This document shows, in pieces, positions 1-9,200 of a stretch of DNA of 64,000 bases; position 1 is the first letter of the stretch, and each line of letters begins with the position of its first letter. The position numbers were made by a program, and so were the translations under genes. The notes under the pieces are model-generated. The model was not told the DNA's origin and searched no databases. It worked only from the letters and a program-made list of their open reading frames with translations. This DNA comes from an uncultured Acidimicrobiia bacterium (GTDB taxonomy: Bacteria; Actinomycetota; Acidimicrobiia; IMCC26256; CAWATG01). Where the stretch lies: the NCBI GenBank assembly GCA_963785035.1, contig CAWATG010000015.1, positions 175,282 through 239,281 of the forward strand, read 5' to 3'.

Positions 1-1398
1 GAGCATCTCTGCAATGACCCCGCGGTCGAAGAGGATCCCGAGCGCTACTTCGACCGGGTCATCGAGATCGATCTCTCCGAACTGGAGCCACACCTCGTTG
101 GTCCCCACACGCCTGATCTCGACCGGCCCATTTCCGAGGTGAAGGCTGCCGCGGAACGCGAGGGCTACCCGATGGAGATTTCTGCCGCGCTTGTGGGCTC
201 GTGCACCAACTCCTCGTATGAGGACATCGGTCGTGCCGCGCACATTGCACGGCAGGCCGCTGCTTCTGGCCTGCGGGTCAGGTCGCCGTTGATGATCACG
301 CCGGGTTCGGAGCAGGTGCGCGCAACCATCGCCCGCGACGGTCTGCTCGCAGACCTCGAGGCGATCGGCGCGACAGTCTTGGCGAATGCCTGCGGCCCGT
401 GTATCGGGCAGTGGCAACGCGACGATGTCGCCAAAGGTGAGATCAACACGATCGTCTCCTCGTTCAATCGCAACTTCCCAGCGCGGAACGACGGCAACAA
501 GGAGACGCTCTCGTTCATCGGCTCGCCCGAGACGGTGGTCGCTTTGGCGCTCGGGGGTCGCCTCGACTTCGACTTCACCCGCGATGCGCTCGGCGCCCCC
601 GACGGTACCGAGGTCCGCTTGAGCCCACCAACGGCCGATGACCTTCCGGCCAAGGGCTTCGACCCGGGAGAATCGGGTTTCGTGGCGCCTGCAGCGGATC
701 CGTCGAAGGTGTCGGTGGTCGTCAAACCCGATTCGGAGCGCCTGCAGTTGCTGGAGCCGTTCTCCGCATGGGATGGCTCTGACTACGTAGGTCTGCGCGT
801 CCTGCTCAAGGCCGCCGGGAAGTGCACGACCGACCACATCTCGATGGCAGGGCCGTGGTTGAAGTACCGAGGCCACCTCGAGAACATCTCGGGCAACATG
901 TTCCTGGGCGCCAACAACGCGTTCACGCCAGGTGAGAGCGGTATCGGCATCGACGTTCGTGATGGATCCCGGGAGTCGTTGCCGGTGTTGGCCAAGGAAT
1001 ACCGGGCTGCCGGCATCGCGTGGGTCGCTATCGGCGACGAGAACTACGGCGAAGGTTCGTCGCGTGAGCATGCGGCGATGGAGCCAAGGTTCCAGAATGG
1101 CAAAGCGGTGATCGTGCGGTCATTTGCGCGGATTCATGAGGCGAACCTCAAGAAGCAGGGTGTGCTGGCGCTGACGTTCGCCGACCCGGCCGACTACGAC
1201 AAGGTCCTGGTCGATGACATGGTGGACATCGTCGGCCTTGGCGAGCTCGCTCCTGGCAAGCCGGTCAGGGTCGTGCTCCATCATGTATCGGGCGCCGCTG
1301 ATGAGGTCATGACCACCCACACCATGAGCGACGAGCACATCGCCTGGTTCCGGGCCGGCTCTGCCTTGAATGTCCTGCGCCGACAAGAGCCAGCCTGA
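1..1398 (+). CDS. acn: aconitate hydratase, C-terminal part (5' end lies outside the window); mitochondrial (Aco2-like) type
   Basis: Frame 1 is open from nt 1 (EHLCNDPAVEEDPERYFDRV...) and runs into the listed 419-aa ORF. The blocks SCTNSSYEDIGR, ANACGPCIGQW, GDENYGEGSSREHAA, FARIHEANLKKQG and WFRAGSALN match mitochondrial-type aconitase as I recall it. Confidence 0.9.
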   Translation, partial: EHLCNDPAVEEDPERYFDRVIEIDLSELEPHLVGPHTPDLDRPISEVKAAAEREGYPMEISAALVGSCTNSSYEDIGRAAHIARQAAASGLRVRSPLMITPGSEQVRATIARDGLLADLEAIGATVLANACGPCIGQWQRDDVAKGEINTIVSSFNRNFPARNDGNKETLSFIGSPETVVALALGGRLDFDFTRDALGAPDGTEVRLSPPTADDLPAKGFDPGESGFVAPAADPSKVSVVVKPDSERLQLLEPFSAWDGSDYVGLRVLLKAAGKCTTDHISMAGPWLKYRGHLENISGNMFLGANNAFTPGESGIGIDVRDGSRESLPVLAKEYRAAGIAWVAIGDENYGEGSSREHAAMEPRFQNGKAVIVRSFARIHEANLKKQGVLALTFADPADYDKVLVDDMVDIVGLGELAPGKPVRVVLHHVSGAADEVMTTHTMSDEHIAWFRAGSALNVLRRQEPA

Positions 1399-1424
1399 TC
1401 CATCGAATCGCCACTCCGATGTGG

Positions 1425-1468
1425 CCGGGGGGTGACGCCGCAAAGTTTGGCCCCCGGTATTTCTTTCT
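1425..1468 (+). terminator. possible intrinsic terminator after aconitase
   Basis: A 7-bp GC stem (CCGGGGG 1425-1431 with CCCCCGG 1451-1457) is followed by the T-rich tail TATTTCTTTCT. The 19-nt loop is long, so this is weak. Confidence 0.3.
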
Positions 1469-1486
1469 GCGGGGACTGGACTTATT

Positions 1487-2125
1487 ATGGGGTCCATGAC
1501 GAACGACACGCAGCAGGATTCCCTCGTAGCGATCTCTCCGAACGCCCGGGTCAAGATTCTCGAGGTGCGCGCGGCGGAGCCCAACCCCGATGAATTGGCC
1601 CTCTGGCTGGAGATCAGCGGCGAGCAGGCAGGTTCCTACACTTACGACCTCTACTTCCAAAAGGTCGCTGAGGCCAGCGAGCATGACGTGACGCAGCATT
1701 TCGACGGTCTCGACCTGGTGCTCAAGGCCGACAGCGTCGACCGTCTGCGCGGTGCGACGCTGGACTTCACGGCGAACGGCATGGTCATGCAGAACCCCAA
1801 CCGGCCTGCTGAGCCACCGGCGCCGACGGTCTCGATCGAGCAGATGGGGGATCTTTCCAGTGACGTTGCGCAGCGTGTCATGCGCGTCCTCACCGAGCAG
1901 ATCAATCCCTCGATCGCCTCACATGGTGGTGTCGCGACCCTGATGGGCGTTGACGGCACCAAGGCCTACGTGACGATGGGCGGCGGCTGCCAGGGTTGCG
2001 CCATGTCCCAGATGACGTTGCGTCAGGGGATTGAGGCGTCCATCCTCGATGCGGTTCCTGAGATCACCGAGGTCATCGACGTCACCGACCACGCGGTCGG
2101 GGCGACGCCGTACTACTCGTCGTAG
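1487..2125 (+). CDS. NfuA-like Fe-S cluster carrier (NifU C-terminal domain protein)
   Basis: The C-terminal block HGGVATLMGVDGTKAYVTMGGGCQGCAMSQMTLRQGIE carries the Nfu CxxC motif. The N-terminal half looks like a degenerate IscA/HesB fold. The start could instead be the ATG at 1496. Confidence 0.8.
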   Translation: MGSMTNDTQQDSLVAISPNARVKILEVRAAEPNPDELALWLEISGEQAGSYTYDLYFQKVAEASEHDVTQHFDGLDLVLKADSVDRLRGATLDFTANGMVMQNPNRPAEPPAPTVSIEQMGDLSSDVAQRVMRVLTEQINPSIASHGGVATLMGVDGTKAYVTMGGGCQGCAMSQMTLRQGIEASILDAVPEITEVIDVTDHAVGATPYYSS

Positions 2126-2151
2126 CGTTGGTGCAGCCGAAGCGGTAGCGG

Positions 2152-3304
2152 TCAGTTTCGTAGCGCCCTGAGGTCGTCGATCGTCTCGCGAAATGCGACG
2201 GCGAAACGGTCGATGTCGGCGGCGGTTGTGGGCCAGCCGACCGAGATACGCATCGAGCGTTGCGCGTCGACGCCCATCGCTTCGAGGACGGGCGACGGTG
2301 CCAACATCTCGCTCGAACACGACGACCCCGAGTGCACTGCGACGCCGCGCCGATCGAGTCCCAGCAAGACGGGTTCGGCTTCGACGTCGCTGATGCCGAA
2401 GCACAGCACGTTCGGGAGTCGGCTCCCGCTGTTACCGAACTCGGTGTCACCGAAAATGGTGACACCGTCGACCGTCGAAAGGTCGTGCGCGGCGCGCGCT
2501 ATGAGCTCGCGGTGTCGCGTCGCCTCGGCGTGGAGCAGATCGTCTTCGCAGAGTTCTGCGCACGCGGCGCCGAAGCCCACGATTGCTGCGACGTCTTCGA
2601 TTCCTGCGCGCCGTGCGCGTTCTTGATCACCTCCGACGATGAAGGGATCGAGACGTAACCCCCGGCGGACGAGGAGTGCTCCGGCGCCTTTGGGGCCACC
2701 CATTGTGTGTGCAGTGATCGAACAGAGGTCGGCGCCGAGAGCTCGGAAGTCGAGGTCGACATGCCCAAGTGCTGCGCATGCGTCGATGTGTAGGAGAGCA
2801 CGGCAAGCACCTGTCACGCTGCTCAGCGTGTCGATGACATGCATCGTGCCGACCTCATGATTGGCCAACTGAACACTCACGAGCGCGGTGTGGTCGTCGA
2901 TCGCCGACGCGACTTCGTTTGGATCGATGCGACCGATGTGATCGACGCCGACGATCCTCAATGAAATACCGGTTCGTGTACATGCCTCGAGCACGGCAGT
3001 TTGCTCGACCGCGGTTGTCACGATGTTTGCACTGGCGTTTGCTGCCGATCGCTTCGCCGCACCCCAGATTGCGGTGTTGATTGCTTCGGTGCCGCTTGCG
3101 GTGAAGACAACTTCGCGCGGGCGCGCATGCAGCAAGCGACGCAACGTGTTCGCGTGCCCTTTCGATCGCGACGCGCGTCACGAGACCCTCCTGGTGGAGG
3201 CGTCCCGGATCGCCGATGTGGTCGCGGAAGAAGGGCAACATCGCATCGAAGACCGATGGACGCAATGGCGTGTCCGATGCGTGGTCCAGGTAGGCGCGAC
3301 TCAT
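2152..3304 (-). pseudogene. cysteine desulfurase (NifS/IscS class), frameshifted and lacking the PLP-binding lysine
   Basis: The N-terminus (MSRAYLDHASDTPLRPSVF...AREHVASL) is in the frame of ORF 2855-3328. The rest (LHARPREVVFTASGTEAINT...HSGSSCSS) is in the frame of ORF 2152-3144. The junction lies at about 3133-3136 and looks like one extra nt. The expected SxHK motif reads SITAHTMGGPKG, with T (ACA) at 2704-2706. Confidence 0.8.
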
Positions 3305-3349
3305 GGACCCTGCGGTGTTGTCGGACACGCGGTCACGATGACCAGGCGG

Positions 3350-4177
3350 TTAGATACGGGTGATGCAATGCTCATCGCCATCGGGACGGCTTGCCTCGAA
3401 CTCCGGCGATGCATCGCCATAGAGCCCTGCGAGCATCCCGCGGATCATGCCGCGATCCACTGCGCAGACAACATGGGGAAATTTCGTCGCTGCCTCACCG
3501 AAAGGACAGCACTGCGAGACAATGGCGTGTGTGTCGCCGTCGGTCTCGGCATGTGCCGCGAAGCCATGTGCAGTGAGCGCGTCAGCGACGACACTGAGTG
3601 CCGATCGCATCGATCGATGCCGTTCGTTCGGCCCCATATTCCGAGCGAGTGTCGCGCCGTAATCGAAACCGACTTCGTCGGCGAGCTGTGTGGCGCGCTC
3701 GGGACCGAGAAGGTCGAGCGCACGAGCGAGTAGTCCGCTGAGGATGTCATCTCGTCGTGGGGGAAAGTTCAACCCGGCTTCGGTGTCGCTGGCGCGGTAT
3801 CGCTTCGAAGGTCGGCCTGCCGTGCGTGCCTCGGCCGGAGCATCCAAACCGGCGTCGGTTGTGGTCGTGGTGCGGGCAGCTTCGACGTAGAGGTACCCGC
3901 CACCGGTCAACTTCTCGAGATGGTGGCGGGCAACGTTGGAATGGAGTTCGAAGCGTTGGGCAACCTCGCCCGCTGTAATGCCTGGGAGTCCGTCGCGGGT
4001 GGCGCCTCGGACGAACAGATAGATGTCTCGCCTGGTCGGATCGCCGAATGCGCTGGTTACGGCGGTCACGGCCGCGCTGAATTCATCGGGAGTGAAATCT
4101 CTGTCGGTCGAACCGGCGCCAGCGGAGCCGCTCGCGATGGTGACCGCGACGGATGGTTGAGGGTCTCGAGGCGCCAT
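3350..4177 (-). CDS. SufR-like (COG2345-type) ArsR-family winged-helix regulator with a C-terminal Cys cluster
   Basis: It has the wHTH block FGDPTRRDIYLFV...ITAGEVAQRFELHSNVARHHLEKLTGGGYL and GRPSKRY. The C-terminal CCPFGEAATKFPHVVCAVDRGMIRGML...EHC resembles Fe-S sensing SufR-type regulators. I start at the ATG at 4177, because the upstream 168 codons of the listed ORF are antisense to mrp. Confidence 0.6.
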   Translation of the reverse strand: MAPRDPQPSVAVTIASGSAGAGSTDRDFTPDEFSAAVTAVTSAFGDPTRRDIYLFVRGATRDGLPGITAGEVAQRFELHSNVARHHLEKLTGGGYLYVEAARTTTTTDAGLDAPAEARTAGRPSKRYRASDTEAGLNFPPRRDDILSGLLARALDLLGPERATQLADEVGFDYGATLARNMGPNERHRSMRSALSVVADALTAHGFAAHAETDGDTHAIVSQCCPFGEAATKFPHVVCAVDRGMIRGMLAGLYGDASPEFEASRPDGDEHCITRI

Positions 4178-4223
4178 GGGGATATTGTACCTATGCACGT
4201 AGTGGAAATCGTCCGGAGGCACC

Positions 4224-5036
4224 ATGCCACCCACCCCCCGCAACAACCCCTTCACCGACTCGCGCACGCGGGTCCTGGCAATCGCGTCGGGCAAGGGCGG
4301 GGTGGGAAAGTCGTCGGTCACCAGCAACCTTGCTGTGTGTCTCGCCGCGCAGGGCCACCGTGTGGCCTGTCTCGACGCTGATGTGTGGGGCTTTTCGATC
4401 CCACGCATGCTGGGTATCACCTCCCAGCCTGAGGTCGTCGACGAAGTGATCATCCCGCCGTCGGCATACGGCGTCGAGGTCATCTCGATGGGATTCTTCG
4501 CCCGCGAAGACCAGCCGGTGGTTTGGCGCGGTCCGATGCTGCACAAGGCGCTGGAGCAGTTTCTGACGGACGTCGAGTGGGGCGAACCCGACTTTCTCGT
4601 GGTCGACATGCCGCCCGGCACCGGCGACATCGCTCTGTCGATGGCCCAGTTTCTGCCGCGTGCCGAGGTCGTCGTGGTCACGACCCCTCAACCCGCAGCC
4701 CAGCGCGTTGCCCAGCGTGCCGCGTACATGGCGAAGCGTGTCAATCTCTCGGTTATCGGTGTGATCGAGAATATGTCGTACTTCCGAGGCGACGACAACA
4801 AGGCGTACGAGATCTTTGGCGCCGGCGGTGGGCAGGCCCTCGCGAGCGATCTAGAGGTCCCGTTGCTTGGACAGGTTCCGCTGGTGAGCGCGTTACGTGC
4901 CGGTGCCGACGAAGGAACGCCGATAGTGATCGGGTTTCCCGAGGACGAGTCGTCCGTGGCATTCCGTTCGATCGCCGCTCGCATCATGGAGTTGGCCCCA
5001 CGCAAGGTGTACCACCCGGAACTCAAGATCACATAG
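4224..5036 (+). CDS. mrp: Mrp/NBP35 (ApbC) family Fe-S cluster carrier ATPase
   Basis: It has the deviant Walker A motif LAIASGKGGVGKSSVTSNLA. It also has DADVWGFSIP and the VVVTTPQ..A block typical of Mrp/ApbC. No N-terminal DUF59 domain is visible. Confidence 0.9.
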   Translation: MPPTPRNNPFTDSRTRVLAIASGKGGVGKSSVTSNLAVCLAAQGHRVACLDADVWGFSIPRMLGITSQPEVVDEVIIPPSAYGVEVISMGFFAREDQPVVWRGPMLHKALEQFLTDVEWGEPDFLVVDMPPGTGDIALSMAQFLPRAEVVVVTTPQPAAQRVAQRAAYMAKRVNLSVIGVIENMSYFRGDDNKAYEIFGAGGGQALASDLEVPLLGQVPLVSALRAGADEGTPIVIGFPEDESSVAFRSIAARIMELAPRKVYHPELKIT

Positions 5037-5141
5037 CCGGTACCGCTCGAGTGTCGTTGCGTACCGCAGGTGGCGGACGCTCTCGGCACTACGATGCTCG
5101 CCAGTTCACGCACCGTTGCCGAACCGAAGGAAACGCTTCTG

Positions 5142-5372
5142 ATGGAGATCAAGGTCGGGGTTGTCTACACAGCCAAGGAGCTCAGGGTCGAGACCGACGG
5201 AGACGTCGACGCCGCGGTCACAAGCATCGAACAGGCCTTGAAGAAGGGCGACGCGGTCGTGTGGTTCAACGATGTCAGCGGCCGCAGGATCGGGATCCCA
5301 TCCGACAAGATCGCGTACATCGAGGTAGCTGAGAACGACGAAAACAAGCGAGTCGGGTTCGGCCGGGGATAA
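5142..5372 (+). CDS. DUF3107 family protein (conserved actinobacterial)
   Basis: MEIKVGVVYTAKELRVETDG...RRIGIPSDKIAYIEV matches the DUF3107 pattern. GAAGGA lies upstream of the ATG at 5142. The listed ORF start at 5070 is probably too long. Confidence 0.7.
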   Translation: MEIKVGVVYTAKELRVETDGDVDAAVTSIEQALKKGDAVVWFNDVSGRRIGIPSDKIAYIEVAENDENKRVGFGRG

Positions 5373-5447
5373 CCCGGACGACCTTGCAGTGCCGACCCGA
5401 GTGGGTGGGTACCTCGTCGGTCAGGACCACCGTTAGCCTGGGAGGCA

Positions 5448-6920
5448 ATGGCAACCCTTCCCGAGCTCGCGCTCGCCCATACCTCGTGTGATATCGATGA
5501 CATCGATCATCTGCGAACGCTCGCGGCGTCGTGGCGAATTCTCGCCGACCTCTGCTTCTCGGACCTGATGCTTCTGGCCCCTGTTTCGGGGGACGAAGGA
5601 CACCGTTTCGTCGTGTTGGCTCAGGTCCGACCTACCACGGGGCAAACCTTGTACCCCAGGGACATGGTGGGAACGGTCATCGACGAGGTGCAGCGGCCGC
5701 TCCTCACGCGCGGTTGGAGGCTCGACGCGATCGTCGAGGGTGACGCGACGATCTTGGGAGGCAAAGAGCGCACGCGTTTGCAGTGCATTCCAGTGCGGAG
5801 CGGCGGAAAACTCCTGGCGCTCGTCGCTCGAGAGACCGCGATTGTGACCGGACGACGCCACGGCGAGCTCGAGCGGCATTACATCGAGACATTTGATCGA
5901 TTCGCTCGCATGATCATGGAAGGCAGTTTCCCGTTTCCTCGGGAAGAAGTGATTTTCGAAGACGCACCACGGGTCGGCGACGGTGTCGTGGTACTCAATG
6001 AGGATCTTCGAATTCGCTTCGCCAGTCCGAACGCCGTGAGCTCGCTGCACCGGATGGGAATCCATGCTTACACCTCTGGGCTTCTGCTCTCCGAGATCGG
6101 ATTCGACGAAAACGCGGTCCTTGCCGCTACGGGGGCCAAGCGTCCGGTGATCGAGGAAATCGAGCGGAGCAACGCGTCGATCCTGATGCGGGTCATTCCC
6201 CTGCTCGCCCAGGAACAGGTGGTCGGTGCGGTGGTGCTACTTCGCGATGTCACGGATCTGCGGCGTCGTGATCGCATGTTGCTGTCAAAGGACGCGACAA
6301 TCCGCGAGATCCATCACCGGGTCAAGAACAACCTTCAGACCATTGCTGCGTTGTTGCGGTTGCAAGGTCGGAGGCTTTCGTCGCCGGAAGCACAACGAGC
6401 AATCGAAGAATCCGAGCGCCGTATTCGATCCATCGCGATTGTCCACGAGACGCTGTCGCGCGATGTCGCAGATGTCGTGGCCTTTGATGAGATCGTGCGG
6501 CCCCTCGTCAAAGTCGTCGAGGAATCTGTTGCGAATCCCGATGCATCGATCGACTTCGAGGTCAGAGGCAGTGCCGGTGAGATCCTCGGCGAAGTGGCCA
6601 CACCGTTGGCCGTCGTGCTCAATGAACTGATGCAGAACGCAGTCGACCATGCGTTTCTGCGTAAGGAGGGTACGAACTACACGGGCCATGTGTGCGTCAC
6701 GCTCGGGCGCCGTGCGGACAAGATCATCATCGACGTCGAAGACGATGGGGTTGGACTACCAGACGGATTCGAACTCAACGCGGCCAAAGGCCTCGGTCTG
6801 TCGATTGTGCACACGCTCGTCACCAGTGAGCTTGGTGGTTCGATCGTGATGCAGAGTGACCACGGAACACATGTCCATATCGTGGTCCCCGCACGATCGA
6901 AGGGCACCGTCGACGTGTGA
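5448..6920 (+). CDS. pdtaS: PdtaS-type sensor histidine kinase (GAF/PAS N-terminus, HisKA_2 + HATPase_c)
   Basis: It has the H-box EIHHRVKNNLQTIAALLRLQGRR and the ATPase blocks NELMQNAVDHAF, DDGVGLP and GLGLSIV. The ~490 aa length and the adjacency to whiB match Mycobacterium tuberculosis pdtaS-whiB1. Confidence 0.85.
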   Translation: MATLPELALAHTSCDIDDIDHLRTLAASWRILADLCFSDLMLLAPVSGDEGHRFVVLAQVRPTTGQTLYPRDMVGTVIDEVQRPLLTRGWRLDAIVEGDATILGGKERTRLQCIPVRSGGKLLALVARETAIVTGRRHGELERHYIETFDRFARMIMEGSFPFPREEVIFEDAPRVGDGVVVLNEDLRIRFASPNAVSSLHRMGIHAYTSGLLLSEIGFDENAVLAATGAKRPVIEEIERSNASILMRVIPLLAQEQVVGAVVLLRDVTDLRRRDRMLLSKDATIREIHHRVKNNLQTIAALLRLQGRRLSSPEAQRAIEESERRIRSIAIVHETLSRDVADVVAFDEIVRPLVKVVEESVANPDASIDFEVRGSAGEILGEVATPLAVVLNELMQNAVDHAFLRKEGTNYTGHVCVTLGRRADKIIIDVEDDGVGLPDGFELNAAKGLGLSIVHTLVTSELGGSIVMQSDHGTHVHIVVPARSKGTVDV

Positions 6921-6933
6921 AGTTCAGCCGAAC

Positions 6934-7227
6934 TCAACCAGCGATGAAACGCTGCGCGGAGAGCCAGACCTTGCGAAGCTTTCGTCGTTCCTCTTCGGTC
7001 GTGCCACCCCAGATCCCGGCTTCCTGGTTCGTGGCGAGCGCAAACTCCAGGCAATCGCGTTGAGCAGGGCAAGTGGAACAGACACTGCGCGCGTGATTGA
7101 TCGTCTGGAGAGCATTGCCGGTGCTTCCGACCGGGAAGAACAGGTCCGGACTCGAGTCCCGACAACGAGATCGGTGGCGCCATGCGTTGCTGTCCCATTC
7201 ATGTGTCCGAATCCAAGTCAGTGCCAC
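6934..7227 (-). CDS. whiB: WhiB family Fe-S transcriptional regulator
   Basis: CRDSSPDLFFP...ARSVCSTCPAQRDCLEFAL..EAGIWGGTTEEERRKL gives four Cys plus the GIWGG turn and a basic tail. The exact start is uncertain. Confidence 0.85.
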   Translation of the reverse strand: MALTWIRTHEWDSNAWRHRSRCRDSSPDLFFPVGSTGNALQTINHARSVCSTCPAQRDCLEFALATNQEAGIWGGTTEEERRKLRKVWLSAQRFIAG

Positions 7228-7431
7228 GAGGCCTCCGCCTACGATCGTTCAGGCGCACACGAGTAATCCCCTTGCGCGCAACGGACAAAGCACTTGAACC
7301 CCTTTGATGATCCCCCCGGGGCGAGCCCGCCACGCTACCGGTCACCCTGGTATTCCGCAAGGGTGTGACCTGCCCATTCGGGACGCGTCAGTGGTGGTCG
7401 CAGTGGACTCGCGGGCGAATATCATCCAGCG

Positions 7432-8209
7432 ATGCCTGTAATGCCACTGGTTCTTGGACATCGCGGCGCTCCGACCGAGCGGCCTGAGAACACGCTGGCA
7501 GCATTTGCCCGTGCGCTGGAGGTCGGCGCCGACGGTGTGGAACTCGACGTTCGGCGTACACGAGATGACGTCTTGGTGATCCATCACGATCCGGTGGTCG
7601 CCGGACTTGGTGAGGACGGCGGGGCAGCGCCGATCATCGCACATACTTTCGCCGAGCTCCAGAGCCGTGCGAGTCATATTCCAACCTTGGAGCAGGCGCT
7701 CGATGTGTTGCGCGGCTCGCTCGTGAACATCGAGGTGAAGAATTCGCCGATCGAACCGGACTTCGATGTCGAACATCGTGCGGTGGCGGGGATCGTGGCA
7801 TTGCTGGCAGAACGGCGGAATCGCGATAGCGATGCGATGCGATGGCGATGGCGACCGAGATCGTGTCGTCGTGTCGTCGTTCAACCTTGCGACGATCGAT
7901 CGGTGCCGCGCGCTGGATGGAACCGTTCCAACTGGTCTGTTGGCCTTGGCCGGGTTTGATCTTGCGGAGGCGCTCGAGACCGTCAACACGCACGGACATA
8001 GTGCGCTGCATCCGAATGTGGCGTCATTTGCCGATGGGATCGGCGCACGAACAGTGAGCGAGGCGGCGGCGCTGGGTGTTCTGGTCAACGTCTGGACGGT
8101 TGACTCGCGGGAGGATCTGATCGCGCTCGGCGATGCCGGTGTGCACGCGGTGATCACCAATCATCCGGAGATCGCACGGCGCCTCTACGACGATCGTTAC
8201 GCGTCTTGA
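7432..8209 (+). pseudogene. glycerophosphodiester phosphodiesterase (GDPD), frameshifted
   Basis: The N-terminal part (LGHRGAPTERPENTLAAFARALEVGADGVELDVRRTRDDVLVIHHD) is in frame 1. The C-terminal part (DRVVVSSFNLATIDRC...NVWTVDS...HAVITNHPE) is in frame 2. The switch lies inside a GCGAT-rich repeat tract at 7823-7856. Confidence 0.8.
7823..7856. repeat. short imperfect tandem (GCGAT/GGCGAT) tract inside the GDPD gene
   Basis: The sequence reads cgcgat agcgat gcgat gcgat ggcgat ggcgac. It coincides with the GDPD frame change. Confidence 0.8.
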
Positions 8210-8210
8210 G

Positions 8211-9200
8211 CTACGGAACGACCAGCGCGAGGTCGTCGGGTTTCCAGGTGATTCGTAGCTTTTCGACCTCGCCCATGTAGTCGCCGTCTGCTTGCCACGG
8301 GAATGGCCTATCGCCGGCGATTTCGAGCTCGTGAAGACCGCTGCGATGGGTCATCGTGTGGTGTCGGCGAACTAAACGCCCCGAGCTCAGCGCCGAGCCG
8401 GCAAGTCGCAGGAAGGTGGATGCTCGCCTCGTACCGAAGCCGGTAAGGACCAAAGGGCGGTTCAGTGACGCATCCGGTGCAGTGACGATCGGTCGTGACC
8501 CGAAGTAGGTATAGGGACTCTGATTGCTCAGTGTTGCCATGATGCAGCCCGAAATGGTTTCGGTGTTGGTCTCGGCCTCGGGACCCGTGAGAGGCCGGAG
8601 GTGCTCAGGTGCCGAAATCGTGATGGTGAAACGTGGACGGGAGTGGTCGTACGCGCGGAACCATGTGTCGAGTGCGGCGAGAAGAAACATTGGGTGTGCG
8701 GCGTAGCGCTTGAGTGCCCACGCCGTTGAGCGGCGCTCCACCTCTTGGACGACAGCGGCATCGAAGCCCACTCCCACATGGAAAAGGAATCGGCGTCCGT
8801 CGGCATCGCCGAGGCCGATGCGCCGAATCGAATTTCGTTCGAGCGCGTCGAGAAGCTGCCCAGTTGCGTCGACCGCATCGCGGGCGACACCGATGGACCT
8901 TGCGAACACGTTGGTGGATCCACCGGGTAGTGCAGCGAGCGCGGTGGCGCTGCCGGCAAGCCCATTCGCCGCCTCGTTGAGCGTTCCATCGCCGGCGAGT
9001 ACGGCAACCACATCCATGCCGTCGAGTGCAGCGGCGTGCGCGAGGCGAGTTGCGTGCCCTCGTCTCGTGGTCACCGCGACCTCGAGGTCATAGTCGGCGC
9101 CGAGCGCCTTGCTGATGACGACACGCTTACGCGGAGTGACCGACGATGCAGTGGCATTGACAATGAGCAGGATGCGCACGTTGGGGCACAGTAGTGGCAT
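8211..9200 (-). CDS. diacylglycerol/lipid kinase family protein (YegS/BmrU/Rv2252-like)
   Basis: [12 protein letters not shown]...[15 protein letters not shown]...[11 protein letters not shown] are DAGK catalytic-domain motifs. The start is ambiguous: ATG at 9200, GTG at 9179, or the listed 9224. Confidence 0.8.
   Translation of the reverse strand: MPLLCPNVRILLIVNATASSVTPRKRVVISKALGADYDLEVAVTTRRGHATRLAHAAALDGMDVVAVLAGDGTLNEAANGLAGSATALAALPGGSTNVFARSIGVARDAVDATGQLLDALERNSIRRIGLGDADGRRFLFHVGVGFDAAVVQEVERRSTAWALKRYAAHPMFLLAALDTWFRAYDHSRPRFTITISAPEHLRPLTGPEAETNTETISGCIMATLSNQSPYTYFGSRPIVTAPDASLNRPLVLTGFGTRRASTFLRLAGSALSSGRLVRRHHTMTHRSGLHELEIAGDRPFPWQADGDYMGEVEKLRITWKPDDLALVVP

Noticed and set aside
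4178-4681. The N-terminal 168 codons of the listed 443-aa minus-strand ORF (3350-4681).
   Set aside because: This part is antisense to the well-supported mrp gene. It has no recognisable motifs. The regulator homology begins at the internal ATG at 4177. Long open antisense frames are expected at this GC content.
7228-7431. A CRP/Cmr-type site upstream of whiB, as known for M. tuberculosis whiB1.
   Set aside because: The only TGTGA-like element (gtgtgacctgcccattcggga) lacks the symmetric TCACA half-site, so I cannot support a binding site by eye.
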